Of a DNA stretch of 64,000 nt, positions 19,921-29,736 are shown in pieces; positions within the stretch are counted from its first letter, which is position 1; each line of letters opens with the position of its first letter. Source of the stretch: Nannocystales bacterium (GTDB taxonomy: Bacteria; Myxococcota_A; Polyangia; Nannocystales; Nannocystaceae); assembly GCA_050633305.1 (NCBI GenBank), contig JBOEGF010000002.1, positions 217,624-281,623 on the forward strand. The letters are read 5' to 3'. The translations under genes and the position numbers were made by a program. The notes under the pieces are model-generated. The model saw nothing but the letters and a program-made list of their open reading frames with translations, did not search any database and was not told the origin of the DNA.

Positions 19921-21234
19921 TCATCGTGTCTCCGGGTAGCCGGATCCAGTGCGTGCCGACGAAGAAGCGTAGCCCGCAGCCCCGGACTCCCGACCAACGG
20001 CGGGCTTGAGAACACCCGCTCGGATCAGCCGCCGCACGAGGACTCGCTTCGATTTTGGCGTGACCGCGCCGGGTAGTTCTCCGACAGAAAACGGGCCCGA
20101 CGCATCAGCGATGAAACGAAGGGCCGAACTGACCTGCCGTGGAGCCCGGATGGTGGCCCCGGGCTCGCTCCCCGGCCACCGCAGAAGAACGTGGTCCCCG
20201 GTCGACTCCAAGGCGCACTGCACCCCCGCACGCTTGATCACCCGCGTCTCATCGTCCACCGTCGTCTCTTGTGCCATCGCGGTGTCGAGCTGGCGATCGG
20301 ACAACGCGACGTCGGCGATCGTGCTTCGTTCATAGAGGGCAGCGAGCGCATCGGGGTCGAGCACGTCTGCACAGCGACGAAGGAGTCGCTCCGCTTGCTC
20401 GGCCCGTCCCTTGGGGTCGAGCGACACGGAGCGACGGAGCTCGGGGTCCGACTGCGCAACCTCGCGCACCGTTTCCGCGAGCAACTCATGCCACTGCAAA
20501 CGATGCACACCGATCGTCAGATGGAGCGACTGCACCCCTTCGGTGCGCACCTCATGCACCGCACCGCGCGGCAAGTAGAGCATGTCCCCGGGCGTGAGCA
20601 GGTGGTCCGCCGTTGCCTCTTGCGTCCCCTTCGACTGCTCATACGTCGTCTCTCGCGGACGCATGGGCAACTGTTCGGCCTGGCCGAAGAGCCTCCAACG
20701 CTTGCGGCCCTCAACCTGCAGGATAAAGACATCCATGTAGTCCCAGTGGCGGCCAAGGCCTTGGGCGTGCTTGGGCGTGAGGTACAGCCCAATGTCCACG
20801 CGCGCGCGAAAGGCCTGTGCCAAGTCCCGGGCCAGGCGCCCCAACGGCCGAAACTGTGTATCGACCGCATACGCAGCCGCGGTGTCTCCGCTCAGGTGTC
20901 GCTCGCGAACCCAGCTCGCGATCGCGCCGTCGCGTTGCCGACGGCCGAAGCCCGGCGTGGCTCGGAACAGAGGGGGGGGGATCCGCTCTCCGTTCCGGAA
21001 GATCCCGTAGCTCTCGGCGTCGCTGAAGAATCCCCGCGCCAGAAGGTCCTCCACGTCGTCGAGGCTGACCAGTCCCGCGAATCGGTCCGCTGCGCCCGCC
21101 GAGTGCAGCGGCTGCTTCTCGAGGTGAGTCTCGACAAACGACTCTACGGAGAGCGGAGCGAGCAATTCTTCAGGGGTTAGCGTGGCGCGAGGAGACATTG
21201 GCGGAAGGGCTTCCTTGGGGAACGAGTCAAACAA
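19921..21234 (-). CDS. JmjC/Cupin_4 2-oxoglutarate-Fe(II) oxygenase (YcfD/NO66-like)
   Basis: LYLTPKHAQGLGRHWDYMDVFILQVEGRKRWRL (HxD), LTPGDMLYLPRGAVHEV (distal His), SLHLTIG, and a C-terminal winged-helix-like segment FSVGELPG...LVRRLIRAGVL. Alternative ATG at 21198. Confidence 0.9.
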   Translation of the reverse strand: MFDSFPKEALPPMSPRATLTPEELLAPLSVESFVETHLEKQPLHSAGAADRFAGLVSLDDVEDLLARGFFSDAESYGIFRNGERIPPPLFRATPGFGRRQRDGAIASWVRERHLSGDTAAAYAVDTQFRPLGRLARDLAQAFRARVDIGLYLTPKHAQGLGRHWDYMDVFILQVEGRKRWRLFGQAEQLPMRPRETTYEQSKGTQEATADHLLTPGDMLYLPRGAVHEVRTEGVQSLHLTIGVHRLQWHELLAETVREVAQSDPELRRSVSLDPKGRAEQAERLLRRCADVLDPDALAALYERSTIADVALSDRQLDTAMAQETTVDDETRVIKRAGVQCALESTGDHVLLRWPGSEPGATIRAPRQVSSALRFIADASGPFSVGELPGAVTPKSKRVLVRRLIRAGVLKPAVGRESGAAGYASSSARTGSGYPETR

Positions 21235-21284
21235 GTGCGTGGCGGTCGCGGGACCGCCACGACACGAGAGGAGGGATCCCGCCT

Positions 21285-21482
21285 CTAAATGTGCAGGGGG
21301 TTGCCGTCCCAGTCGTGCACCGACAGAGGACCCGGGAGACGGACTCTGCCCGGAACGATCGGCGTGGTTCCAGCCGAGGCACCGCCTACCGCCGATTCCA
21401 GCATGTCCTCGGTAAGCTCGAAGAGCCCCTGTTCGTTGCTATCGCCACCAGAGGGGGTCGTGTCATTACGTTTCTTCTTCAT
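21285..21482 (-). CDS. Putative RiPP precursor with double-glycine-type leader
   Basis: 65 aa; leader ends FELTEDMLESAVGG; core ASAGTTPIVPGRVRLPGPLSVHDWDGNPLHI; 50 bp upstream of the JmjC gene on the same strand. Confidence 0.75.
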   Translation of the reverse strand: MKKKRNDTTPSGGDSNEQGLFELTEDMLESAVGGASAGTTPIVPGRVRLPGPLSVHDWDGNPLHI

Positions 21483-21556
21483 CGGTTCTGTAGAGTCACC
21501 ACTCGATCGATTGGATCACGACAAAGCTCAAAAAACGTTGGGATTAGAGAGCCCAG

Positions 21557-21570
21557 CCCCCCCCCCCCCC
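21557..21570. repeat. C14 homopolymer
   Basis: gcccagCCCCCCCCCCCCCCatttc, about 75 bp upstream of the precursor ATG. Confidence 0.85.
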
Positions 21571-21854
21571 ATTTCGGATAAAAAGGACACAGCCGTCGCC
21601 CAAGGCCCGTTCGCGACACGTACTCGAGTCCGGCCCCCGAACCGAGGTCCCCACGACAATGTGATGGTTTGGGTCGGACCGCCCAATCGTGAAGGAGCAC
21701 GCCGACCGACTCGGCACAGGATTCGAACCCGAGGAGCTGGAGTGCGTGCGAGCACCGTAGCGGACGCGCCCGCGGGGTTCTCCACAGCGGGCGAGACGCA
21801 CGAGCGCCGGGGTGATTCCCTCCCGCCCTGCTCCTCAGCACCAGACGGCGGGAC

Positions 21855-22571
21855 TCAGATCCCGCAGACGAGGAATCTTTTGTTGTCGCAATGCGTGCCT
21901 TGGCACTGCACGCCCTGAATCACGGTACCGACCGGCGCAAGAAACGGACCGCTGTTTTCTTCTGAGAACCACGCACTCAGAATGCACCGGTCCGGGTCGG
22001 TCAGGAACCCGGGCGACGGGCTGCACTCGATGCTGATGTCGTCGCAGTACGACCCCCTGCAGTCGATGCCCGTCATTTTCTGGTCCGCATTGCACACGTG
22101 GCTCGTCTTCACGAACCCAGATGCGATTCCTGGAGGCGGGCCAACCTCGAACCAGTCCGAGAAACCATCGATTGCCGGCGGCACCGAGCCGCCGTAGCCG
22201 TGGCACTCGATGCGGACGTTGTCGCAGTAGTGGCCTGAACAGTCGAAGCCAGTGACGGCCTCATTGACCCCGCACTGCGATGCCCCTGGCGTCTCTTCCG
22301 AGTGAAACGGGAGGAACGAGAACGCTTGAGGATCACCTTTCGCGGTGAATTCCAGCGGGCGCGACCGGTCACCGACCAGTTCTTCCTCGGGCTCGGCGAG
22401 CACCACGTCGAGAAACTCGTCGGGGATTTCGTCGGCAACGGCCTGTGCTTCAGCCTCGATGTCGACGTCATCCTCCGAGTCGCAGCCGACGGGACCGACG
22501 ATGGCGACTGCGAGAGTGAGCGCCGCGAACCGGAGAATGCGTGCGAAAGATGGAAGCTGTGGTTGGGTCAT
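21855..22571 (-). CDS. Lipoprotein with three Cys-rich internal repeats
   Basis: Lipobox GPVGC; repeats VTGFDCSGHYCDN / MTGIDCRGSYCDD / IQGVQCQGTHCDN, each preceded by FHSEE, WFE or WFSEE. Confidence 0.8.
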   Translation of the reverse strand: MTQPQLPSFARILRFAALTLAVAIVGPVGCDSEDDVDIEAEAQAVADEIPDEFLDVVLAEPEEELVGDRSRPLEFTAKGDPQAFSFLPFHSEETPGASQCGVNEAVTGFDCSGHYCDNVRIECHGYGGSVPPAIDGFSDWFEVGPPPGIASGFVKTSHVCNADQKMTGIDCRGSYCDDISIECSPSPGFLTDPDRCILSAWFSEENSGPFLAPVGTVIQGVQCQGTHCDNKRFLVCGI

Positions 22572-22793
22572 CGAGGACGTCTGTACCCAACGCAGCCCAA
22601 CTGTTCCCAGGGATCGGGCGGAACCGGTCGTCGGTCGACAGCGGCCCCGACCTGCATCGAGCCCAAGACCCGCGGCAGCTCGGTGCCGAAGCACGAGCCG
22701 CCGGGTGTCATGCGGACCACGCTGTCGGCAGAGAAGAGCGGAGGAGCCGACCGTGCGGGCGGTCCTCGACCCTCGGCTCTCGGCTCGAATGCT

Positions 22794-23960
22794 CTAGGCC
22801 GGCAGTGAGCAGACGCCGACACCCTCGAGACACATGTCGGGCACTTCACCCATCTCGAACCAGGGCACGCACTCCTGCCCCGCGAGACACTCGGAGCCAT
22901 CCCCGTCAACATTGCAGAACGACGAACAGCATCCCGCCGCGCCGGCTGGGCAAGGGACGAGGTCGGGGCTCACACAACCAGCGCCGTCATCACACGCATT
23001 GAGGAATTCGCACGGGTCACCCGGCTCGCCCTGGTCCTCGCCCGAAGCATCCGGAGCACATTGGAAGACGTCGCCGACTCCATAGCAGCCCTGGCCAGCG
23101 CCACACTCGTCTGCCAGGGGGTTGCAGACAGGCAGGCACAGGATGAGCACGCCCTGGTTCGAGATGGAGCACGCCGTTCCAGCCGGGGCGCACGTGGGCG
23201 CCTCGGGGGACCCTTCGCACAGCGCGATGCACGTCCCTTCATTCGTCTCACCATCCACGTCCCAACACATCGCGCCCGCTCCACAGTCGTCGATGCCCGA
23301 GACCCCACTGCCCTCCACGACGCACGTCTCGCCGACGCCCGCCGGGTCGGGGTTGACGGGTACGCAGCGGACCGCGTTCCAGGCACTACCCCCGTCGTTC
23401 GACCACGCCGCGCACTTCTCTCCCTTGTCGCAGTCCTGAGCCCAGATGTCACATTCCTGGGCCATGCCGCCGCCGTCGGGATCGACGATGAAACCGCCGC
23501 CCTGCGGGGGTTCGGCAAGGCCGTTCCCGGCTGCGGAAGATGCCTGGAAGTCCGGGACGGATACCGCGATGTCCGCAAACGTCGGCATGTGATTGTCCGC
23601 GTCCATACGCCAGGCCTCGATCGCGGCCTGGGACATCTCTGGCTGGCACGGTGTCGCGCCCATCGGCTCGCCCGTACTCGAGCTGGATTCGCCTCCCGTC
23701 GTGCTCGAGCTCCCGGTGGTTGTCGCCTCGTCTGTCGTGGAGGAACTTCCACCGGTGGACCCGCTTGTCGTGCTCGTCCCTTCCGTGGTGGTCGTCGTGG
23801 TCGTCAGCGTTTCGCCGGTCGGGTTCGTCTCCGTCGATTCCGAAGTCGAGCCGCTCGAGCCATCCCCGTTCGAACCGCCATTCGAACCGCCATTCGAATC
23901 TCCATCACACCCCGCCGCGCCCAAAAGTGCCACCAACCCAAAACTAAAAACTCGTTTCAT
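22794..23960 (-). CDS. Cys-rich myxobacterial lipoprotein
   Basis: MKRVFSFGLVALLGAAGC, S/T linker, ECDIWAQDCDKGEKC...GIDDCGAGAMCW, many cysteines. Confidence 0.85.
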   Translation of the reverse strand: MKRVFSFGLVALLGAAGCDGDSNGGSNGGSNGDGSSGSTSESTETNPTGETLTTTTTTTEGTSTTSGSTGGSSSTTDEATTTGSSSTTGGESSSSTGEPMGATPCQPEMSQAAIEAWRMDADNHMPTFADIAVSVPDFQASSAAGNGLAEPPQGGGFIVDPDGGGMAQECDIWAQDCDKGEKCAAWSNDGGSAWNAVRCVPVNPDPAGVGETCVVEGSGVSGIDDCGAGAMCWDVDGETNEGTCIALCEGSPEAPTCAPAGTACSISNQGVLILCLPVCNPLADECGAGQGCYGVGDVFQCAPDASGEDQGEPGDPCEFLNACDDGAGCVSPDLVPCPAGAAGCCSSFCNVDGDGSECLAGQECVPWFEMGEVPDMCLEGVGVCSLPA

Positions 23961-24180
23961 ACGGGACAAGTAAAGCGGCATTCGCCCAGCGTGTCAGGTT
24001 CTTCTTTGCTCAATCTTGGAAGGCCGGGCAGCTGGAAATCCGGCGGACTGGCTGGCTCTGACAGACGTCCCGCCCCATCCGGTCGCGACAATGTGCACGT
24101 CACCTGGCCGGCATGCTGTACGTGCCGCCGAACGTTCGGCGTCCGTCGGAGCCATCCGCGAGGTCGAGGGTATCCTGGAC

Positions 24181-24708
24181 CTAGAAAGCTCCGCGAGAGA
24201 CCATCAGCGTCATCGACCCCGAGTCGAGTCGCAGGTTGCTGGAGTTCGGGTCGACCTCCGAGCCGCCAAGGGTGATGCCGACCACACAGTCGTCGGTGAG
24301 GGCGCAGACGCTGAGCGGTGCTGCCACTTCGGCCGGCTTCACCGCCCCGCTGAACTCGATGTTGGGACCGCCACTCCCACCCCAACGGCGATCGGACCAA
24401 GCGCAGCGTCCAGGTGTTAGCAGCTCTCCGCGAGTTCCCGCCCGACTCGCCGAGCCCTTGGCACGCATGTACATGCCGCCCATGGCCCTGCCGAACGCGA
24501 ACGGCGCTCAACAAAATAGGGTGGAACTCGCTCCCAACTCCGGCAGCTTCTTGTTTGTCGGAACCTTGCCCGGCTTCTTCGGAACCCTCCTCGCCGATGG
24601 TCGGTCCGATGCGGGCTTTGCCGCCCAGCTGGCAGAAACGGCGGCGGTTGTCCCGACGAGGGCGAGAAAAGGGATAGCGAGGCGGTGGTACTTGCGGCGA
24701 CGGTCCAT
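24181..24708 (-). pseudogene. Secreted protein gene interrupted by an in-frame TGA at 24508-24510
   Basis: Signal peptide MDRRRKYHRLAIPFLALVGTTAAVSASWA...STLFC*APFAFGRAMGGMYMRAKG...LLTPGRCAWSDR. ORFs 24508-24738 and 24181-24483 share one frame. Confidence 0.6.
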
Positions 24709-25199
24709 AGGGGTCGAACGCTTGACGTACGCCGCCATTCGATTCCCTCACGTGGATTCGTTTCCCGGCCGCGGGATCCACGCAGCGAACCCTGGGCTAC
24801 AGGCGGATCAGCTCATTGATGAGTGCGCTGCGCGACCGGGGGCATCACATCGGTGACAGTGACACTCACGGTGACTGCGGCGTTCACCGACTCTGATGGA
24901 GATGTCGAGTTGAACGCAACGCGGAGCAAGACCTGCGACCTGGCCACGAGCTGACCCCCGGGCGCCGGCTTCCCCCCACCGATTGCAAAATGCAAGTCGA
25001 TTGCGTCAAAGATCATTTCGGCGCCTTCGTGCTGGCCTTGTCGGAGGCGCCAAACAACCGGTTCGCGTGGGCGGCCTCGTTCAAGAGGTCGCCCGCACGT
25101 CTTCGCCTCGGAGCACGTTTGACGCCCCACGAACGCCGCCAGCCCGGGTGGTTCAGCGGTGTCTGGGCGGACTCACCCCCGACGAACCGTCGACGCGGG

Positions 25200-25663
25200 T
25201 CAGGGTCGCAAGTCCGTGATCACGACGCAGCGCTCGTCTCCACCGTGAAACGTGGGCCCCTGAGCTTCGACCACGATGCAGACGGACGTACCGATGACAA
25301 GCTCGGCGGCATCGATGTCGAAGACCACCCGGTCCCCGACCCGATCCCAGCCCTCCTCGTTCCAAAGCACGTTGTTCTCGTAGAGCTTGGCAGCGGTCTC
25401 ATCGCTCAGTGACTCGCCCGTCTCGGCGTCGACCGCCTCGTACGTCAACGTCAACCCGTCGGGGTCGACGCCGATCGCTCGCACACGGCGATGTCGACAT
25501 GCCACCCGCCCTGCAGACCCGCGACCAGTTCCAGCCCATCGCCGTTCGCCAGAGACGCCCACTGCACGAGTCCACTTCCCAACTGGAAGGAGGCAGTCAC
25601 CTCGGACTCATCGCCGAGCCTCAACCCCGGTTCTGGCTGGGACTCGCCCGTGTTCCTCGAGCA
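25200..25663 (-). pseudogene. Frameshifted, 5'-truncated hypothetical (lipo)protein
   Basis: CSRNTGESQ...LELVAGLQGGWHVDIAV then a shift at gtgtgcga (about 25485) into VRAIGVDPDGLTLTYEAV...ITDLRP. No start codon found. Confidence 0.5.
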
Positions 25664-27253
25664 CTACAGGTCGGGGAACAGTGGCACGTCGCCCGCGCTG
25701 CTCGGGGTCTCGTCGTCGCCAATGGTTGTCGTGTTGCTGTACCCAAGACGCCCGTCTGCGCCTTGCCCCCAGCAGCGGACGGCACCGGACACCATCAATG
25801 CGCAGGTGTGGGCTGCTCCCGCCGCCAGCAGTGCGACGGGCCCCCCGACGTCAACATTTCCCGCGGAGTACGGGGTCTCATCATCGCCGACCGTCTCCGT
25901 GTTGCCGTAGCCGAGCTGCCCTTCACCACCGTGGCCCCAGCACCGAACCGAGCCAGCCGAGATCAGCGCACAGGTGTGGTTTGAGCCCGCGACGACCTGC
26001 GTCACCGTTTCGCCGATCATGTCTTCGGCGACCATGACCGCCCCCACCGGTGTCTCGTCGTCGCCGATCACATCGGAGGAGAGGTAGCCCAAGCCGCCGC
26101 CGGGGACAGTCCCCCAGCACCAGACCTGACCGGTGTCCGCGGTCAGGATGCACGTGTGGTCGCCGCCTGCAACGATAGCGTCGGCGCTCGGAACGTTCAC
26201 CTCACCCACGCTGCTTGGATCCTCGGTGTCTCCAATCCAGTCAGGGAGGCCATAGCCGAGCGCTCCTTCCGAACCGTAGCCCCAGCAACGGACAGCACCG
26301 GTGCTGAGCCGCGCGCAGGTGTGCCGCTCGCCGGCAGCGAGCTCTACGACGTCCCCCGGTACGTCGACGAACCCCGCAGCGGTCACGAGTTCGTCGTCAC
26401 CGATCGTGTCGTAGTTGCCATAGCCCAGCGCCCCGAAGTCGGAGTCTCCCCAACATGCAACCTCTCCGTCGTCGAAGGCCGCGCAGGCATGTTGGAACCC
26501 AGCCGCAACTGCGACGACAGCACCCGCCGGCAAGCTGTTGTCGCCGACGGTACTGGGCAGCTCGTCGTCCCCGACGTCGAGAATGTCGCCATAGCCAAGC
26601 TGACCTCGGTTGTTGCGTCCCCAGCACCGCACTGTGTCATCGGCACCCAGCCCGCACGTGAAGTCCGAACCGGCCGCGACCGTGGCGACGCCGATACCGA
26701 CGCCCGCGGCCGCCACGTCGGCAGGGGCCTCGTCGTCGCCCACAGCATCAACGGTGCCCAGCCCCAGCGCCCCCGCATCGTTGGCCCCCCAACAACGAAC
26801 AACGCCCGTGTCCAACGTCGCGCAGGTGTGCCGGAGTCCGGCGGACAATCCGACCACCACCGATTCGGTGCAGTCGTTGTCACAGCCGTTGCCGTCGTCC
26901 GCATCCCCGTCATCGCACTCTTCGTCGAGGTCGACGACCCCGTCCCCACAGCCCACGAACTCCCCTGAAGACGAGCCGGAACCTTCGCCGGCCGTGCTCG
27001 ACCCGGACGGGCCCTCCTCGCCCCGGGTCGCGCCCGTACTCGTACCCGTACCCAGCGTATCGGCCCCCGTTGACACGCTGCCCGACACCCCCTCGCTGCT
27101 TCCACCATGTTGCCCGCCCGTACCGGTCGGAGAACCCGTGCCCGGCAACCCGGTGCTCGACTCTGAGTCGTGAGCGGTTCCCGTGTCGCTCGTATCCGAG
27201 TCCACACATGCTGTCGAAACGAGAAGAACCAATCCCAAGAATCGCCTTGCCAT
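25664..27253 (-). CDS. RCC1-repeat lipoprotein with myxobacterial Cys-rich repeat
   Basis: Lipobox VSTAC; CGDGVVDLDEECDDG; about 7 repeats of AGxxHTCA...VRCWG...G.LGYG. Confidence 0.92.
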   Translation of the reverse strand: MARRFLGLVLLVSTACVDSDTSDTGTAHDSESSTGLPGTGSPTGTGGQHGGSSEGVSGSVSTGADTLGTGTSTGATRGEEGPSGSSTAGEGSGSSSGEFVGCGDGVVDLDEECDDGDADDGNGCDNDCTESVVVGLSAGLRHTCATLDTGVVRCWGANDAGALGLGTVDAVGDDEAPADVAAAGVGIGVATVAAGSDFTCGLGADDTVRCWGRNNRGQLGYGDILDVGDDELPSTVGDNSLPAGAVVAVAAGFQHACAAFDDGEVACWGDSDFGALGYGNYDTIGDDELVTAAGFVDVPGDVVELAAGERHTCARLSTGAVRCWGYGSEGALGYGLPDWIGDTEDPSSVGEVNVPSADAIVAGGDHTCILTADTGQVWCWGTVPGGGLGYLSSDVIGDDETPVGAVMVAEDMIGETVTQVVAGSNHTCALISAGSVRCWGHGGEGQLGYGNTETVGDDETPYSAGNVDVGGPVALLAAGAAHTCALMVSGAVRCWGQGADGRLGYSNTTTIGDDETPSSAGDVPLFPDL

Positions 27254-27555
27254 CGCGTGGCCGACGGCAGCGCCGATCCTTCTATTCACCCCAAGCCCAA
27301 ACCTGGAGAGACAGGCGCAGTTTCAATGTTTGCGGTACGTAGAACTGCGTACGCGTGGGCACAATCTCGCGGTCACAGCGAGGGGGGCAAGCACGGTTTT
27401 GGTGTCGCCCGAACGCCCTGAGAGACCCCGGTTCCGCAACCTCAGCGGCGCGTCGGCACGCTGTGATCGCGAGCGCCTCGTCGCATTTTTCGGCTTCCCC
27501 ATTTCGTTCTACTCAACCGCGAGTCGAGCGTTTAGGATGCGCGACCATCGGAAGG

Positions 27556-27690
27556 GTTGGCGTCAACGCCCCGAAGTCCCCGGTCACCAAGGGCTCCAAC
27601 GGTATCGCGATGGCGACCGTACCCAACGTCTGCAAGATGCCGGGACCCCCGCTCCGTTCGTGCCGGCCCCACAGCCCAACGCATCCGGTG
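27556..27690 (+). pseudogene. DUF4150 / PAAR-like N-terminal remnant
   Basis: VGVNAPKSPVTKGSNGIAMATVPNVCKMPGP, then a 1-base deletion in a C-run, then APFVPAPQPN. Recognisable similarity is lost after that. Confidence 0.7.
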
Positions 27691-28151
27691 GTCGGTGTCT
27701 GCTTCTGTGTTCTTCGGCCTCAGGGCGACGTTCAGCGGTCCTGCTCGGCCCCTACGGGGCGACGGGCGCAACCCACCCATGCCCTCAGACCGTGGTCATC
27801 ACAGTCGCCGATCCCGACGCGCCGTCCGGGTCGTGACCGTGCCCGGCGATTTCTTCGCCTCAGCCTCCCGACCCATCGCGTCGTTCAACGTCATGGCGGG
27901 GCGGGAGGGGCAGTGACGACGCGACGAAGTCGCGCGCATCGAGGCCCAAGACGGAGTCCACGATCTGTGGGGTGCGGCCCCCTTCTGCGTCAGCGTCGTG
28001 GGCTTCGACCACGCCGACAGCTACGTCTACCCGGGCGGGATGGGGACCGCCGTCATCAACCCGAACCCCGAGGGCTGACGGTCCGGCGCGCGGAAGTGCC
28101 CCACATGTTGATGCAGCGCCTGGACCGGACCTTTCGTATTCTTACGCCCGG

Positions 28152-28589
28152 ATGCGGGACGGGCTGACGGTCATCGAACACGGCGACGCACGGGTTGCAC
28201 TCTCCACCGATCGCCTTCCGATCCTCGTCGCAACGTGGTCCGGCTCGCTCACTCCAACGCTTGTCGACCGATACTTCGACGCCCACTACGAGACACTGCG
28301 TGCGATCGACGACTCGGGGCGGCGTTGCGTACTCCTGACGATGGGCCTCGCCGCAGCACGCCCGAGCCCCATCGTTCGGCGTCGAATCGTGGAACGCATG
28401 GGTGACGACCGTGAACTGCTCGAGCGTGTGCTCGCATGCAACGCAGTCGTCGTCGAGAGCACGATCGTCCGCGGAGCGATGATCGCGATGTCGTGGGTGG
28501 ATGACAGCCTGCGTGTGCCCATGTTCGCGACCGAGGACGAGGCGTTCGCATGGGCGCACGAGCAGTGCCTTCAGTTCGACCTATGCTGA
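28152..28589 (+). CDS. Small hypothetical protein (STAS/SEC14-like)
   Basis: LPILVATWSG...RPSPIVRRRI...VVVESTIVRGAMIAMSW...FATEDEAFAWA. Confidence 0.7.
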   Translation: MRDGLTVIEHGDARVALSTDRLPILVATWSGSLTPTLVDRYFDAHYETLRAIDDSGRRCVLLTMGLAAARPSPIVRRRIVERMGDDRELLERVLACNAVVVESTIVRGAMIAMSWVDDSLRVPMFATEDEAFAWAHEQCLQFDLC

Positions 28590-28629
28590 TGCCCGCGGGT
28601 CCGTCAGCGACCACGAGCGCGAGTCCAGA

Positions 28630-29736
28630 CTAACGCCGTGCGGGACGACCATCGATGCGAGTACGGGACTCGCTCCTGACGAGGTCTCGTACCCCGTCCG
28701 AGGCGAGGAAGTCAGAGGGAAAACCCAGTGGCACAGCGCTCGCGGCATCGAGACGTTCGACCTGAGAATCGTCCAGCGCGACCTCGGTGGCGCCGAGCGT
28801 GTCTTGGATCTGCTCGACTTTCCGGGCGCCGACGATCGGGATGTAACCGTAGCCCTTCGAGCGAACCCACGCCAACGCAACCTTGGCCGAGCTCACGCCC
28901 AGTTCGTCCGCAACCGTGTCGACCACTCGTGCGACCTCCAGCGACTTCTCATTTGTGCGGCCTCGCGCCTCGTTGCTTTGCGCGCGCATCGAGTCGTTGT
29001 TGCCGCCGCGGGTGTACTTGCCTGTGAGCACGCCGGCGCCCAGGGGTCCCCAGCCGAGAACAGACAGCCCGTAATGCTCAGCCATGGGCAGGAGCTCTCG
29101 CTCTGGAGTGCGTTGCAGCAGGCTGTACTCGATCTGAAGCCCGACGAAGCTGGACCATCCACGGAGCTCAGCCGTGGCGTTGGCCGCCGACACGACCCAG
29201 GCGGGCGTATCGCTAATGCCGACGTACAGGACCTTGCCCGAACGAACCAGGTCATCCAGACCGCGAAGTGTCTCGCTCATGGGCGTGTAGTCGTCCCACG
29301 CGTGCACCCAAAGCAGGTCGATGGAGTCGGTCCCGAGGCGACGCAGGCTGTCTTCGACTGAACGCACCATGTTCTTGCGGTGGTTGCCTGCCGTGTTGGG
29401 GTCGGTGTGGTCCATCGCGAGGGTGTACTTGGTGGCCACCACCATTCGATCGCGCTTGGTCTTCAGCCAGCTGCCCACAATCTCCTCGGTCTCGCCGCCA
29501 TGGTATTTGTTCGCGGTGTCGAGGAAGTTTCCACCCGCTTCGGCATAGGCATCGAGCACCGCGTGGCTGGTGGCCTCATCGGCACCGAAGCCCCACTGCT
29601 GGCCGAAGCTCATGGTGCCCAGGCAGATCTCGGAGACGCGGAGCCCCGAAGGGCCGAGAAGTCGATAGCGCAACACGTCGGCAGGGTTGCTCGTGGACTC
29701 TTGGCCGGCAACCCGGATGATCGGGGGGCCAGACAC
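28630..29736 (-). CDS. Aldo/keto reductase
   Basis: SGLRVSEICLGTMSFG, GNFLDTANKY, VATKY, SLRRLGTDSIDLLWVH, GKVLYVGIS. True start may be near 29676. Confidence 0.95.
   Translation of the reverse strand: MSGPPIIRVAGQESTSNPADVLRYRLLGPSGLRVSEICLGTMSFGQQWGFGADEATSHAVLDAYAEAGGNFLDTANKYHGGETEEIVGSWLKTKRDRMVVATKYTLAMDHTDPNTAGNHRKNMVRSVEDSLRRLGTDSIDLLWVHAWDDYTPMSETLRGLDDLVRSGKVLYVGISDTPAWVVSAANATAELRGWSSFVGLQIEYSLLQRTPERELLPMAEHYGLSVLGWGPLGAGVLTGKYTRGGNNDSMRAQSNEARGRTNEKSLEVARVVDTVADELGVSSAKVALAWVRSKGYGYIPIVGARKVEQIQDTLGATEVALDDSQVERLDAASAVPLGFPSDFLASDGVRDLVRSESRTRIDGRPARR

Noticed and set aside
19921..21234. Assigning the symbol ycfD/roxA
   Set aside because: Family motifs match, but orthology cannot be shown and the context suggests a different substrate.
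23869..23900. 12-bp tandem repeats (ttcgaaccgcca)
   Set aside because: Encodes a low-complexity GGSN linker of a lipoprotein.
212..25666. Stop-codon reassignment suggested by coding-like sequence after TAG (278, 25664) and TGA (24508)
   Set aside because: Many well-defined genes end correctly at TAG or TGA; isolated lesions or errors are more parsimonious.
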